In this document: piece after piece, positions 28,036 through 38,300 of the stretch
How the letters are laid out: every line of letters begins with the position of its first letter
How positions within the stretch are numbered: the first letter of the stretch is position 1
Assembly (NCBI GenBank): GCA_035063585.1
Contig: JAPSGB010000003.1
Coordinates: 192,001 to 256,000 of the forward strand
Direction of reading: 5' to 3'
DNA: 64,000 nucleotides
From: Polyangiaceae bacterium
GTDB taxonomy: Bacteria; Myxococcota_A; Polyangia; Polyangiales; Polyangiaceae
The notes under the pieces: model-generated
Database searches by the model: none
Seen by the model: the letters and a program-made list of their open reading frames with translations, nothing else
Told to the model about the DNA's origin: nothing
Position numbers and translations under genes: made by a program

Positions 28036-29617
28036 GCCGATCGCGCTCGGCCTCGCGCGAGCGAGCGCGCTCGGCGAGGCCCTCGCGACACCTCACGCGA
28101 CCGCGGCCGAGGCCGACGCGCTGCCCATGGTCCGCGCCGAGGCGACTCGCCTCATGGCTCGCCTGGCGGACGCGGCCACCATCGATCGGGACGGCGAGAT
28201 CCCGAGCGCGCTCCGCGCCACCATCGCCGAGGCCGGGCTCTTCGGGCTCACCATCCCGGAGGAGCACGGCGGCGCGGGGTTCTCGCTGAAGGCCACCTGC
28301 GCGGTCATCGCGGATCTCGCGACCGTGGAGCGCTCGACCGCGATCATGATTGGGCTCCACTCCGGGCTCGGTGTGCGCCCGCTGGTCGAGCTCGGCACCG
28401 ACGACGTCCGCGCGCGCTACCTGCCCGAGATCGCCGCTGGAGAGCGGGTCGCGTCGTTCTCCGCGACCGAGGCCGAGGCGGGCTCGGATCTGACCGGGAT
28501 CCGCACCACCGGCACCCTCGACGGGGACGCCATCCGCATCGACGGGGAGAAGGCCTACGTCACCAACGGGAGCTTCGCCGGCTGCTTCACGGTGCTCTGC
28601 CGCACGCCCGGGCTCGGTGGGCAGCGCGCGCACTCGCTGGTCTTCATCCCACGGGAGACGCCCGGCATCGGCATCGGCGTCGAGGAGGACAAGCTCGGCA
28701 TCCGCGGCTCGAGCACGGTGACCGTCACCTTCGACGCCGTGCGGATCCCCCGCGAGCTCGTGCTGGGCGAGGCGGGCCGAGGGATCGATCAGGCGCACGC
28801 GGCGCTCAGCTGGGGCCGCACCCTGATGTCGGCCGGCTGCGTCGGGACGGCGCGGGCGGCGCTCGAGCTCGCGCTCGCGCACGTGAACACCCGGCGCCAG
28901 TTCGGGAAGACGATCGGGGAGTTTACCGCGTCGCGGGCCCACATCGCTCGCATGGCGTCCCGCCTCTACGCTGCCGAGACGCTGGTGCGCTGGTCCGGGC
29001 ACGCGCTCGCGTCCGGTCAGCCCATCGACGAGCTCTCGCTGTTCGTGAAGGTGCTCGCGAGCGAGGCGAGCTTCGAGATCTGCGACCGCGCGCTCCAGCT
29101 TCACGGTGCGCTGGGCTTCCTCGAGCCCACCGGCGTGGCGCGGCTGCTCCGGGATTGCCGGATCACGCGCATCTTCGAGGGCGCGAACGACGTGCTGTTG
29201 GTCCGCGGCGGCGCCGCGGTGCTAGGCCGAAGGCCATCCCCCGAGCCGCTCCGCCTCGCCCTTGGCGGCGCGCTCGCTCCCGAGGCCAAGAGCTGGCAGG
29301 CGCTCCATGAGCGCTTCCTCGCGGCTGCCGCGCGCGTGCGCGCCGAGCATGGCGTCGGCGTGGTGCGGCACCAACTCGTGCTGCAGTCGATCGCGCGCGC
29401 GAACCTGGCGCTGCTGGTCGGGCTCGGCTGCCTGCTCCGCGCCGAGGCGCGGCCCGACGAGTTCGCGCTCGGCCGGCACGCCGCCGAGGATGCGCTCGCG
29501 GAGGTCGAAGAGCACCTCGGCGCGCTCAGCCGCGCGCTGCACGACGAGACGCGCGTCCAAGCGCTGAGCGAGCTACTCTACGCGCCGCACGCCGGGGGGC
29601 GCGCGGGAAGCGCGTGA
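28016..29617 (+). CDS. Acyl-CoA/acyl-ACP dehydrogenase with C-terminal extension
   Basis: FSATEAEAGSD, GEKAYVTNG, KLGIRGS, RRQFGK and RIFEGANDV motifs. Confidence 0.92.
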   Translation: MAAPPPEPIALGLARASALGEALATPHATAAEADALPMVRAEATRLMARLADAATIDRDGEIPSALRATIAEAGLFGLTIPEEHGGAGFSLKATCAVIADLATVERSTAIMIGLHSGLGVRPLVELGTDDVRARYLPEIAAGERVASFSATEAEAGSDLTGIRTTGTLDGDAIRIDGEKAYVTNGSFAGCFTVLCRTPGLGGQRAHSLVFIPRETPGIGIGVEEDKLGIRGSSTVTVTFDAVRIPRELVLGEAGRGIDQAHAALSWGRTLMSAGCVGTARAALELALAHVNTRRQFGKTIGEFTASRAHIARMASRLYAAETLVRWSGHALASGQPIDELSLFVKVLASEASFEICDRALQLHGALGFLEPTGVARLLRDCRITRIFEGANDVLLVRGGAAVLGRRPSPEPLRLALGGALAPEAKSWQALHERFLAAAARVRAEHGVGVVRHQLVLQSIARANLALLVGLGCLLRAEARPDEFALGRHAAEDALAEVEEHLGALSRALHDETRVQALSELLYAPHAGGRAGSA

Positions 29618-29698
29618 GACGTCGCGACCGCCCTCCCGGCGAGCCCCCGCGGCTTCTGGGAGTCGCGGCGCCGCGCCCGTGATATGGGCGGAGGCATC

Positions 29699-30808
29699 AT
29701 GGGAAGCGCTCGTCTCGCGGTCACGACTCTGGGCAGCGTCGCGCTCGCCTGCTTCGCCCTCCTCGCCTGCAAGAAGGGAGGCCCTGCCCCGGCTCCCTCG
29801 GCGTCCGCTGCGCCGAGCGCGGCGCCGGTGTCGTTCGAAGAGCAGGTGAAGCAGTCGGCGCCGCTCGCGTTCAACCCCGCGCCGCAGACCGCGGCCGGCA
29901 AGACGGTCCAGGCGACGCTCTGCAAGTTCCCGGGCGCTGGGCTGCTCGACCGGAGCGCCTCGAAGGTGATCCAGGCGCTCGAGGTGGTGGGCGAGCGGCT
30001 CCTCGTCGTGGACGCCAAGGGGGTGCTGCATGGGTTCAAGCTCTCGACGACCGGCGGCTGTACGCTCACCGTCGACGGCTCCTTTGGCGCCGGCGGCACG
30101 CTCACGCTGGAGCGGCCCATCGAGCACCTGTCCAAGGCCGACTCGGGCCTGGTCATGGCCTCCGGGATCTTCGGCTCCTACGCGCTCGAGGATGGAAGGC
30201 GCGTCTACGACTGCAAGGCGACCGGGGACTTCGAGCTCGCGGCGAGCGGGAAGTGGGGCATCGTGCCGTGGGTCAACTCGACGGTCGAGTACGTCGAGCT
30301 CACGAGGAGCTCCTGCAAGAGCAAGGACTGGGCGCTGAAGGATCTGAGCGACGCCGCGAAGCGTAAGGGCCCGTTCACGAACGTGAACACCGCGGCCATC
30401 GTCGGCGACAAGATTTACCTGGGCGGGGTCTTGGCCGAGAAGGTCGAGGGCCGTGAACCGCGCGTGGTCATCATCTTCGACAAGGCGGGCCGCGAGCTCG
30501 GCCGCTTCGGGGATCCGGGCAAGGGCTTTGGCGACGACTCCTTCGGCTGGGTCCACGGCATCGCCGCGTGCGGGAAGAACCTGTGCGTCGTAGACTCGAA
30601 CTTTCGTCGGATGAGCATCTGGAGCACGGACGGCAAGAGGTTCATTGGCGCCGTGAAGCTCGACCGGCTCTTCGGTTCCCCGAACAGCGTAGTCTGGACG
30701 AACGATGTCACGCGGGCCCAGGACGGCGCGCTCTACATCTCTGCCGGAGTGTCGCGGACGGGCGGCAAGGTCGCCGAGGGGCACGTGTTTCGCGTCACCG
30801 GGCTGTGA
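29699..30808 (+). CDS. Lipoprotein, probable beta-propeller/NHL-like fold
   Basis: Lipobox LLAC, Pro/Ala linker, beta-rich repeats (VHGIAACGKNLCVVDSNFRRMSIW); GGAGG RBS. Confidence 0.7.
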   Translation: MGSARLAVTTLGSVALACFALLACKKGGPAPAPSASAAPSAAPVSFEEQVKQSAPLAFNPAPQTAAGKTVQATLCKFPGAGLLDRSASKVIQALEVVGERLLVVDAKGVLHGFKLSTTGGCTLTVDGSFGAGGTLTLERPIEHLSKADSGLVMASGIFGSYALEDGRRVYDCKATGDFELAASGKWGIVPWVNSTVEYVELTRSSCKSKDWALKDLSDAAKRKGPFTNVNTAAIVGDKIYLGGVLAEKVEGREPRVVIIFDKAGRELGRFGDPGKGFGDDSFGWVHGIAACGKNLCVVDSNFRRMSIWSTDGKRFIGAVKLDRLFGSPNSVVWTNDVTRAQDGALYISAGVSRTGGKVAEGHVFRVTGL

Positions 30809-31047
30809 GCGAGGGCCGGCGCCGCGACGCGTTCGCCGGACGCACGCGCCGCGCGGGCTCGCGCCGCACCGGCAAACCCAGCGCGCCGCTTCACGCCTCC
30901 GCTTCAGGATTCCTGCTCGACTGGAGGCGCTCGGCGCCGGTTCGGCTGCACACGAGCCCGTGATCACGGGGAAATCATCGCTCCGGCGGGCGGCTGCTCG
31001 CGGGCGCCGATTGCGAGCCGCGGGCGGTACGGCTAGCTTTTCCGGGA

Positions 31048-34000
31048 GTGACGCTCACGATCTCGCGCTCCGTCGAAGTCGAGCCGCTGGCCGGGGCGGA
31101 GGCCGGTGAGCGCTCGCCGTTCGCCGCGCTCGACGACGTCCTCGGCGCGCCGCGCGCGCGGGGCGTCGTCATGGCGCGCGTCGAGAGCCTGGCGCACGCG
31201 CGAGCGATCGCGGCGCACGCGACGCGTCGCGCTCGCGCGGCAGGGCGTGAGGTGGTCGTCGCGAGCTGCGCTCCGGTCGACAGCGGGATCCGCGACGCGG
31301 CGCAGCGCCTCGGAGTGGAGGCCGCGGCGCTCGGCGCCGGCGAGGTAGCGCGCGCGATGGCTCGCGAGGCCTCGCTCCGGGACGCGACGGTGGTCGTGCC
31401 CATGGTCGCAGTATCGGTATGGGACGAGTCCGCCTGCGCCGCGCTCGCCGAGGCACCTGGTCGCGCGCTCTTCGTCTTGCTGGTCGCTGCGCCGGACGCG
31501 CTCGGCGTGGCGGGCGTCCCGTGCTTCGACGTCGACCCAACCCTCGACGAGGCCGGGCTCGAGCGATTCTGGAGCGCGCTCATCGCCGAGCGGCGCGGCT
31601 CTCGCGGTGGGGACCTCGTGAGCCTCGATGCCTGGGCGAGGGCGCTCGATGGGCTCGAGCCGGGAGCCTTACGATGCGCGCCGACCGACCCGAGCTCGTG
31701 CCGGCTGCTCGCTCGCCTGCGCCTCGCGCGTCGCGCCTGGCCGTCGAGTCGAGCGGCGGCGCTCGGTGACGCCTCGGCGCTCGCCGCGCTGATTGCCTCC
31801 GGCCACGTGCAGTCCGAACAGGGCTTGGTCGTGACGATGGACGCGGGCGGGGCCGCGCCGGACACCGATCACGCGGAGCGACGCTGGGTCGCGTCGGCCT
31901 TGGTGACGACCTTCCCTTCCGATCCCTGGGCGCACGCGCGCGCCGCCGAGCTCGAGGCCGAGGCCGGGGACGAGCTCGCCGCGGAGCGCATGATGGGCCG
32001 CGCCTTCACGCTCGCCGTAGAAGCGGGCTGCCGCGCCGAGCTCTGGCGGCGCTGGGACGCGATGGTCGCCGCGAGCGCAGACGCCGACTCCCTGCGGCTC
32101 CGTGGCGCCGAGCTCGCGTTGTCGCTCGGCGACGTCGACGTAGCGATCGAGTGGGCGCACCTGGCCGCCTCCGCCGAGCCGGGGGCACGCGCTGCGTTCG
32201 TGCTCGGGCGCGCGGCGCTCGCGCGGGGCGATCTGGTCTCGGCCGAGGCCGCGCTCCGGCGCGCCAGCGAGCTCGCCGCGGGGGACGACGCGCGGCTCGA
32301 AGCCGCCATGGATCTCGCCGAGGTGCGTTTCGCGGCAGGAGATCTCGCGCGGGCGGAGGAGCTCGCGAGGAGCGTCCGCGCGGGCGCGCGCGTGGCGAGC
32401 GTTCGCCTGTCCGCGCAGAACCTGCTCGGCAAGCTGCTGCTCGCGCGCGCGGCGTGGGATGAGGCTGACGCTCATTTCGCAGCCGATTCCTGCGACGCCG
32501 CGCTCGCCGGCGAGACCATCGCGGAGCTCCGGGCGCGGGTCAATCGGGCGATCGCGCTGTTGTCGCGCGGGAGCCTGGATGAGGCTCGCCCGATGCTGGC
32601 GGACGTCTTGGCGGACGCCGAGGCGCGCGGCGAGCTCCGCGCGGTCGGGTTCGCGCTCAGCAACCTGGCCGTGATCGCCATCAATCGGCACGACTACGGT
32701 GAGGCGCTCGAGCTCTCCGAGCGCGCCATCGCCGTGCGACGGCGGCTGGGCGACCGCCTCGGGTTCGCGCGGGATGTCACCAACCTGGTAGGGCTCCGGC
32801 TCCGCCTCGGCCTCATCGAGCAAGCCGAGCAGGGGCTCAAGTTCGGACGGCAGGCGCTCGGGGCCGGGGCTCCGGCGCCACGCCTTGCAGAGCTATCGCT
32901 CGCTTCGGCTCGCGCGCACCTCGCACGCGGGCGCACCTTGGACGCGGAGCGCGAGCTTCGGAGCGCGCTCCGCACCGCCGGTCAAGCGAGCGACGGTGAC
33001 AAGCTCGCCGAGTGCCATCGGCTGGCCGTGCGCGTAGCGCTCGACGATGGCGCGGTCGCGCGCGCGCGGGTCGAGCTCGCGCACGCGCGTGAGCTCTCGA
33101 GCTCGCCGTTCGCGGAGGGAGAGGTCGCCGTCCTCACCGCGGCGGTCGAGCGCGCCGCGGGCGAAGAGGCGAGCGCTCTGGCCGAGCATGCGGTGCTCCA
33201 GGCACGGCTGTGCGGTGACGAGGAACTCTGCCGTGAGGCGCACGTCCTCGCGGCCGAGATTGCGCTCGGAGCCGGTGACACCGGCTCGGCGGCGCAGCAC
33301 CTGGCGAGCGCGACCGCGCTTCGCGACGAGGTCTGCAGGGGTCTCGAGCGCGGGCTCCGTGAGACGTATCTGCTCCGTGCCGACCTGCTCCGCCTCGCGC
33401 GCCTCGAGCGCGCGCTCGGGGAGGAGCCCGTGGACTCGACCGAGGCGCCGCCCTCAGCGCCCGCGCCGCGCTCGCGTCCGGCGGGCCCGGCGCCGGCCTT
33501 CGCCGGTCGTCACCCGTCGGTGAGGGCGCTGCTCGCGTCGGTTCAGCGTGTGGGTCGCACCGGCGCCACGGTGCTCGTTCACGGTGAGAGCGGCACCGGC
33601 AAAGAGCTCATCGCCGAGGCGATCCACGCGGCGAGCGGGCGCGCGGCCGGCCCGCTCGTGAAGGTGAACTGTGCAGCGCTGGTCGAGTCGCTCTTGCTGT
33701 CCGAGCTCTTCGGACACGAAAAGGGGGCGTTCACCGGCGCCGCCGCGCGGCGCCGCGGACGCTTCGAGCGAGCGAGCGGTGGGACGCTCTTCCTCGATGA
33801 GATCGGCGATATCTCTCCGCGCACGCAGGTGGCCTTGCTGCGGGTGCTCGAGGAGCGCACCATCGAGCGGGTCGGAGGCAGCGCCGCGATCCCGGTAGAC
33901 GTCCGCATCGTGTGCGCCACGAACCGTGATCTCCGCGCGCTGGTCGAGCGCGGTAGTTTTCGGGAGGATCTCTACTACCGATTGAGCGGCATCACCCTGG

Positions 34001-34572
34001 ATGTCCCACCGCTTCGCGAGAGGATTCAGGACTTGCCGGTGCTCGCCGAGGCGCTCCTCGCTCGAGTCGCGCTCGAGCGCGGTGAGAGGCCGATGCCGCT
34101 CGGCGCCGATGCGCTCGCGCTGCTCGCGCGGCATCGTTGGCCCGGCAACGTCCGTGAGCTCGACAACGCGCTGAGAGCCGCGTCGCTCTTCGCCATGGGC
34201 GACGTCCTCACCATCGTAGATTTCGTCGAGCACGTCGAGGCGTTGCGCGCGCTCGCTTCGCGTCCGCCGATCGAGAGCGTGGACGCGGAGGAGCCCCGCG
34301 CGACGCTTCCAGCGGCGGGCGTCGAGCCCGAGCTCGGCGCCGGTGTCGAGCCGCCGGTGGTCGGGACGGCCTATCGGGAGATCCGCCAGCATGGGCTCAG
34401 CCTCGGCGAAGTGAAGCGCCAGATCGAGCGCGACTGCATCGCTCAGGCGTTGTCCGAGACGGCAGGCAACATCACCCGTGCCGCCCTCGTGCTCGGCATG
34501 AAGCGCCCGCGGTTGAGCCAGCTCGTCAAGCAATACGGGCTCTTGCCCGGTGTCGAGGAGGATGGGTCATGA
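31048..34572 (+). CDS. Large sigma54-dependent activator (helical TPR-like sensor region + AAA+ + Fis HTH)
   Basis: GESGTGKE, intact [22 protein letters not shown] and [14 protein letters not shown]; about 800 aa Ala/Leu-rich helical N-terminus with no receiver domain. Confidence 0.92.
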   Translation: MTLTISRSVEVEPLAGAEAGERSPFAALDDVLGAPRARGVVMARVESLAHARAIAAHATRRARAAGREVVVASCAPVDSGIRDAAQRLGVEAAALGAGEVARAMAREASLRDATVVVPMVAVSVWDESACAALAEAPGRALFVLLVAAPDALGVAGVPCFDVDPTLDEAGLERFWSALIAERRGSRGGDLVSLDAWARALDGLEPGALRCAPTDPSSCRLLARLRLARRAWPSSRAAALGDASALAALIASGHVQSEQGLVVTMDAGGAAPDTDHAERRWVASALVTTFPSDPWAHARAAELEAEAGDELAAERMMGRAFTLAVEAGCRAELWRRWDAMVAASADADSLRLRGAELALSLGDVDVAIEWAHLAASAEPGARAAFVLGRAALARGDLVSAEAALRRASELAAGDDARLEAAMDLAEVRFAAGDLARAEELARSVRAGARVASVRLSAQNLLGKLLLARAAWDEADAHFAADSCDAALAGETIAELRARVNRAIALLSRGSLDEARPMLADVLADAEARGELRAVGFALSNLAVIAINRHDYGEALELSERAIAVRRRLGDRLGFARDVTNLVGLRLRLGLIEQAEQGLKFGRQALGAGAPAPRLAELSLASARAHLARGRTLDAERELRSALRTAGQASDGDKLAECHRLAVRVALDDGAVARARVELAHARELSSSPFAEGEVAVLTAAVERAAGEEASALAEHAVLQARLCGDEELCREAHVLAAEIALGAGDTGSAAQHLASATALRDEVCRGLERGLRETYLLRADLLRLARLERALGEEPVDSTEAPPSAPAPRSRPAGPAPAFAGRHPSVRALLASVQRVGRTGATVLVHGESGTGKELIAEAIHAASGRAAGPLVKVNCAALVESLLLSELFGHEKGAFTGAAARRRGRFERASGGTLFLDEIGDISPRTQVALLRVLEERTIERVGGSAAIPVDVRIVCATNRDLRALVERGSFREDLYYRLSGITLDVPPLRERIQDLPVLAEALLARVALERGERPMPLGADALALLARHRWPGNVRELDNALRAASLFAMGDVLTIVDFVEHVEALRALASRPPIESVDAEEPRATLPAAGVEPELGAGVEPPVVGTAYREIRQHGLSLGEVKRQIERDCIAQALSETAGNITRAALVLGMKRPRLSQLVKQYGLLPGVEEDGS

Positions 34573-34922
34573 GGTGGTCGAGGTGGTTCTTCCTGACGCT
34601 CCTCGCCTTCGGCGCGAGCGCTTGCGCGCTCGAGGTGGGCACAGAGGAAGACGTGGCGACAGACGAGCAACCGCTCGATCTCGAGACCTCGGCGCAGGCG
34701 AGGCCGCTCAGGACCGGCGAGCGGCTCATCGTCGATCGCACCAAGCCTACGCCCGACCCTTGGAGCGGAGCGGTAGACGACGCTCGCAAGCCGACCCCCG
34801 ATCCGTGGCATCCGGACCCGACCACGAGCTCGAACCGGTCGGGTGCGAGCGATGACCCCGGCCCGAGCAGCGCCGAGCGGAGCGGTCAGCCCGGCGGCGG
34901 AGCGACGCAGCCAGCGCGCTGA
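34569..34922 (+). CDS. Small lipoprotein with duplicated KPTPDPW motif
   Basis: ATGA overlap with the activator stop; GAGGAGG upstream; [19 protein letters not shown] lipoprotein signal; KPTPDPW twice. Confidence 0.78.
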   Translation: MRWSRWFFLTLLAFGASACALEVGTEEDVATDEQPLDLETSAQARPLRTGERLIVDRTKPTPDPWSGAVDDARKPTPDPWHPDPTTSSNRSGASDDPGPSSAERSGQPGGGATQPAR

Positions 34923-34939
34923 GCGCCCGAGGGCTCGGC

Positions 34940-37078
34940 TTGGATCTTCGGACTCGCACCTCGCTCTTCTGCGGCGTGCTGGCGCTCGCGATCGCGGTGT
35001 CGATCCTGCTCCGGGGCCGCGCGCGGCGCTCGCAGCTCTATCTCGCCGCGTTCGCCGCCGATATCGGGCTCTGGTACCTCGCGCAGTGGCTCTATCACTT
35101 CGTGCGAGCGGACGTATGGGCGCATTTCACCGCGGTGCTCGCGGTGCTCTTGCCTCAGTTCGCGCTGCGCCTGTTCGACGCGGTGGTCCCAGAGCCAGGC
35201 CGGCGCTCGAAGCTGCTCAGCATCGCCAGCGCGCTGATGGTCCCGATGCTGGTGGTGGTGATGCTGCCCCAGCACATGCACGCGCTGGTGCGCGGCTCGG
35301 TGTTCCTCTACGTATTCGGGCTACTCACCGGCGGCCTGTGGTCGGTTGCGCTCCGTGGAGAGCGCAGTCGCTCGCGAGCGACGCAGCGCCGCGTGCGGTT
35401 CCTGGTGCTCATCGGCGCGCTCGCCGGAGTGTTCAGTCTGGCGGACTTCCTCTGGTTCATTGGCGCCCCGTTACCGCCGGTCGGTCAGGTCCTCAGCATC
35501 GTGTTCCTGTTCGTGCTCGCCGAGTCGATGACGCGGGAGAGGCTGGTCGACGTCTACGACATCTTGGGCCAGCTCCTCGTGAGCACCGCGCTCGCGTTCG
35601 CGCTCGCGGGCATCTTCTACGTGTTCGTGGTGATGATCGGCGGGTTTAGCACCATGTACCTGAACGCCGTGCTCGCGGCGATCGTCATCATGGTCCTCTT
35701 CGAGCCGCTGCGAGAGAAGGTCGAAGAGTACATCCATCGCGCCTTCTTCCGAGAGCGGGTCGATCTCGAACGCGCGGTCGGCAAGGCGCGCCGAGAGCTC
35801 GGGCACACGCTCGAGGTGGAGCAGATGCTCCAGCTCGTGGTGTCTGCGCTCGAGAGCTCGCGTCGAGCTACCGGCGCTGCCCTCTTCCTGCGCGAGCCGC
35901 TCGGGGTCGACTTCGAGCTCGGGTCGTCCTTCGGCCCGGTGGCGCCGTCGCGCGTGGATGGGGCGACCGCGCGCCCGCTGCTCGAACGGCTGGCAGCGAG
36001 CTCCTCGGTCGCGCTCGAGGAGATCATCTACGAGCTCGGCGAACGTCGTCGTACCGGATGGACGGCCGAGGCCGAGGCCGATGAGCGGCTGCTCGGCGCG
36101 GCGGAGCTGCTGGGGGCGTTCAAGGATGGCGTGTGTCTGGCGGTCCACGGTGAGGGCCAGGAACTCCTCGGCTTCCTCGTCGTGGTGGACGATCGCGTGA
36201 GGGACGCCTTCTCGGAGGAGGACATCTCGTTGCTCGAGTCCTTGGCGGTGCAGATCGGGGTGGTCATCGAGAACTCCCGCCAATATCGCCGTCTACAAGA
36301 GCGTGATCGCCTGGCGGCGCTCGGGCAAATGGCAGCGGGGCTGGCGCACGAGGTCAAGAACCCGCTCGGGGCGATCAAGGGCGCCGCGCAGCTGCTGAGC
36401 GAGCCGGAGGGCGCCGCGGCGCTGGAGCCCGGCGCGGCCGAGTTCGTCTCGATCATCCTGGAAGAGGTCGATCGCCTGGACCGGGTCGTCGGCTCCGTCC
36501 TCGACTACGCACGCCCGTCGAAGGGGAACCCGGGCGCGACCGACGTGAACGGCGTCGTGCGACGCACGCTCCAGGTGCTGGCGAGCGATCGCGTCGAGGA
36601 GTACAGCGTCGATGCGGAGCTCTCAGCGGAGCTCCCTCTGGTTCGCGCCGACGCAGAGCAGCTTCGACAGGTGCTCATCAACTTGGTGCGAAACGCGGTT
36701 CAGGCCATGAACGGCTCCGGGCGCGTCCTGGTCTCGACGCGAGCACGTCCGGGGCGGGTGGTCGGCGCGGCGCTCATGACACCCGACTGGGTCGAGCTCT
36801 CGGTCCGCGATGACGGGCCCGGGATCGCGCCCCAGGTCCTCAAGAGCCTCTTCGTTCCGTTCTTCACCACGAAAGACAAAGGCACCGGGCTCGGACTCGC
36901 CATCAGCCAAAGGATGGTCGAAGCGATGGGCGGCCGGATCGAGGTCGCTTCCCAGCCGGGCGCCGGCTCCACCTTCACGGTCGTGTTGCCGGCGGTGGGT
37001 GACCTCGTGCCGTCGCCGCGCCCACCGCCCGCCTCTGCCGAACCGGCGACTGCCTCGGCGCTCCCGAAGCCCGTGTGA
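34940..37078 (+). CDS. Multi-TM sensor histidine kinase with GAF domain
   Basis: About 8-9 N-terminal hydrophobic helices, GAF-like segment, H-box LAHEVKNPL, N-box NLVRNA, DDGPG and GTGLGL. Confidence 0.94.
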   Translation: MDLRTRTSLFCGVLALAIAVSILLRGRARRSQLYLAAFAADIGLWYLAQWLYHFVRADVWAHFTAVLAVLLPQFALRLFDAVVPEPGRRSKLLSIASALMVPMLVVVMLPQHMHALVRGSVFLYVFGLLTGGLWSVALRGERSRSRATQRRVRFLVLIGALAGVFSLADFLWFIGAPLPPVGQVLSIVFLFVLAESMTRERLVDVYDILGQLLVSTALAFALAGIFYVFVVMIGGFSTMYLNAVLAAIVIMVLFEPLREKVEEYIHRAFFRERVDLERAVGKARRELGHTLEVEQMLQLVVSALESSRRATGAALFLREPLGVDFELGSSFGPVAPSRVDGATARPLLERLAASSSVALEEIIYELGERRRTGWTAEAEADERLLGAAELLGAFKDGVCLAVHGEGQELLGFLVVVDDRVRDAFSEEDISLLESLAVQIGVVIENSRQYRRLQERDRLAALGQMAAGLAHEVKNPLGAIKGAAQLLSEPEGAAALEPGAAEFVSIILEEVDRLDRVVGSVLDYARPSKGNPGATDVNGVVRRTLQVLASDRVEEYSVDAELSAELPLVRADAEQLRQVLINLVRNAVQAMNGSGRVLVSTRARPGRVVGAALMTPDWVELSVRDDGPGIAPQVLKSLFVPFFTTKDKGTGLGLAISQRMVEAMGGRIEVASQPGAGSTFTVVLPAVGDLVPSPRPPPASAEPATASALPKPV

Positions 37079-37223
37079 GTCTCGGGCGGGAGGGGTCGCC
37101 AGACAGGTTTCGTCCGGCCCGGAGCAGGCTGGCTCATCGGGACGGAAGGCGCGCAAGCTCCGACCGCCCCGCGCGCCCCCGCGGAGAAGGTCGAGCCGGG
37201 GATACCCCTGGCGTCAGCTCCGC

Positions 37224-37253
37224 TTGACCGGATCTTTTCGAGCGGCTTATTAT
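37224..37253 (+). promoter_or_regulatory. Near-consensus sigma70 promoter
   Basis: TTGACC (37224-29), 18 nt spacer, TATTAT (37248-53), upstream of the FHA gene. Confidence 0.6.
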
Positions 37254-37374
37254 CGTTTGGTTTCCGGTCTGTGCACACCGTTTGTGGTGGCCAGGCCCCA
37301 ACTTGGGCCGACGGACCCGTCGGCCGGCAGATCCTCGCCCGACTCAACCCGGCTCCAAGCCCTCTCCAGCGCGC

Positions 37375-38298
37375 ATGGGAATCGCCCTGCGGTTCATCTC
37401 CGGCAAGTACCAGGGGGGAGAATTTCCTCTCGAGCACGATCAGGAGATCATCGTCGGCCGGTCGAGCGACCTGGACATGGTGCTCGTCGAGGAGATGGTG
37501 TCGCGTAAACACGCGCGGATCCGCGTGGCGGGCAGCCAGATCACGATCGAGGATCTCGGCTCGACCAACGGCACCTTCGTGAACGGCGAGAAGATTCAGT
37601 CAGCGCAGCTTCGGGAGGGGGATCGCGTCCTCATCGGCACGAGCATCCTGAAGCTGGTGACGTCGGAGCGCGGTGGGGGCGAGGGCCGAGTCTTCGACTC
37701 CACGGCGCGCCGCGCGGTCGCGAACGTCCAGCGCACCACCGAGGAGTCCGCGCCGCGAATGGCTGGCAGCCTCGAGGAGATCCCGCTCCCCGACCTCTTG
37801 CAGCTCTTCGGCACGTCCCGCAAGACCGCGACGCTGGTCGTCAAGAGTGGCGCGTTGGTCGGCCGGATCTTCCTCGACCAGGGGCGCATTCACTACGCGC
37901 TCATCGATGATCGTCCCGAGCTTCCACCGGTCAAGGCGATCTACCGCATGCTCGAGTGGCGTCGCGGTCAGTTCGAGCTCGATCCGCCCGAGTCTCGTCA
38001 GTTTCCCGCCCCGCTCGACGCCAGCGTCCAAGAGATCCTGATGGAGGCGTTTCGTCAACAGGATGAGCTCACGCAGCTCCGTGAGCGGCTACCGTCGCCC
38101 GAGAGCCGGCTCAAGCTGAAGACACCGCTCGAGGCGCCCCTCCACGAGCTCGATCCGGTGCAGCTCGCGCTGCTCCAGCTGGCGCTCAACGCGCCCACGC
38201 TCGCCGCGCTCTACGACATGAGCCCGCACTCCGATCTGGAGACGGGTCAGATCATCCTGCACCTGCTCGAGCGCGGCTACCTCTCGGCCGGCTCCTGA
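37375..38298 (+). CDS. FHA + DUF4388 (PatA-N-like) domain protein
   Basis: IVGRSS...VSRKHA...DLGSTNGTFVNG FHA domain; MAGSLEEIPLPDLLQL DUF4388 start. Confidence 0.9.
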   Translation: MGIALRFISGKYQGGEFPLEHDQEIIVGRSSDLDMVLVEEMVSRKHARIRVAGSQITIEDLGSTNGTFVNGEKIQSAQLREGDRVLIGTSILKLVTSERGGGEGRVFDSTARRAVANVQRTTEESAPRMAGSLEEIPLPDLLQLFGTSRKTATLVVKSGALVGRIFLDQGRIHYALIDDRPELPPVKAIYRMLEWRRGQFELDPPESRQFPAPLDASVQEILMEAFRQQDELTQLRERLPSPESRLKLKTPLEAPLHELDPVQLALLQLALNAPTLAALYDMSPHSDLETGQIILHLLERGYLSAGS

Positions 38299-38300
38299 CG

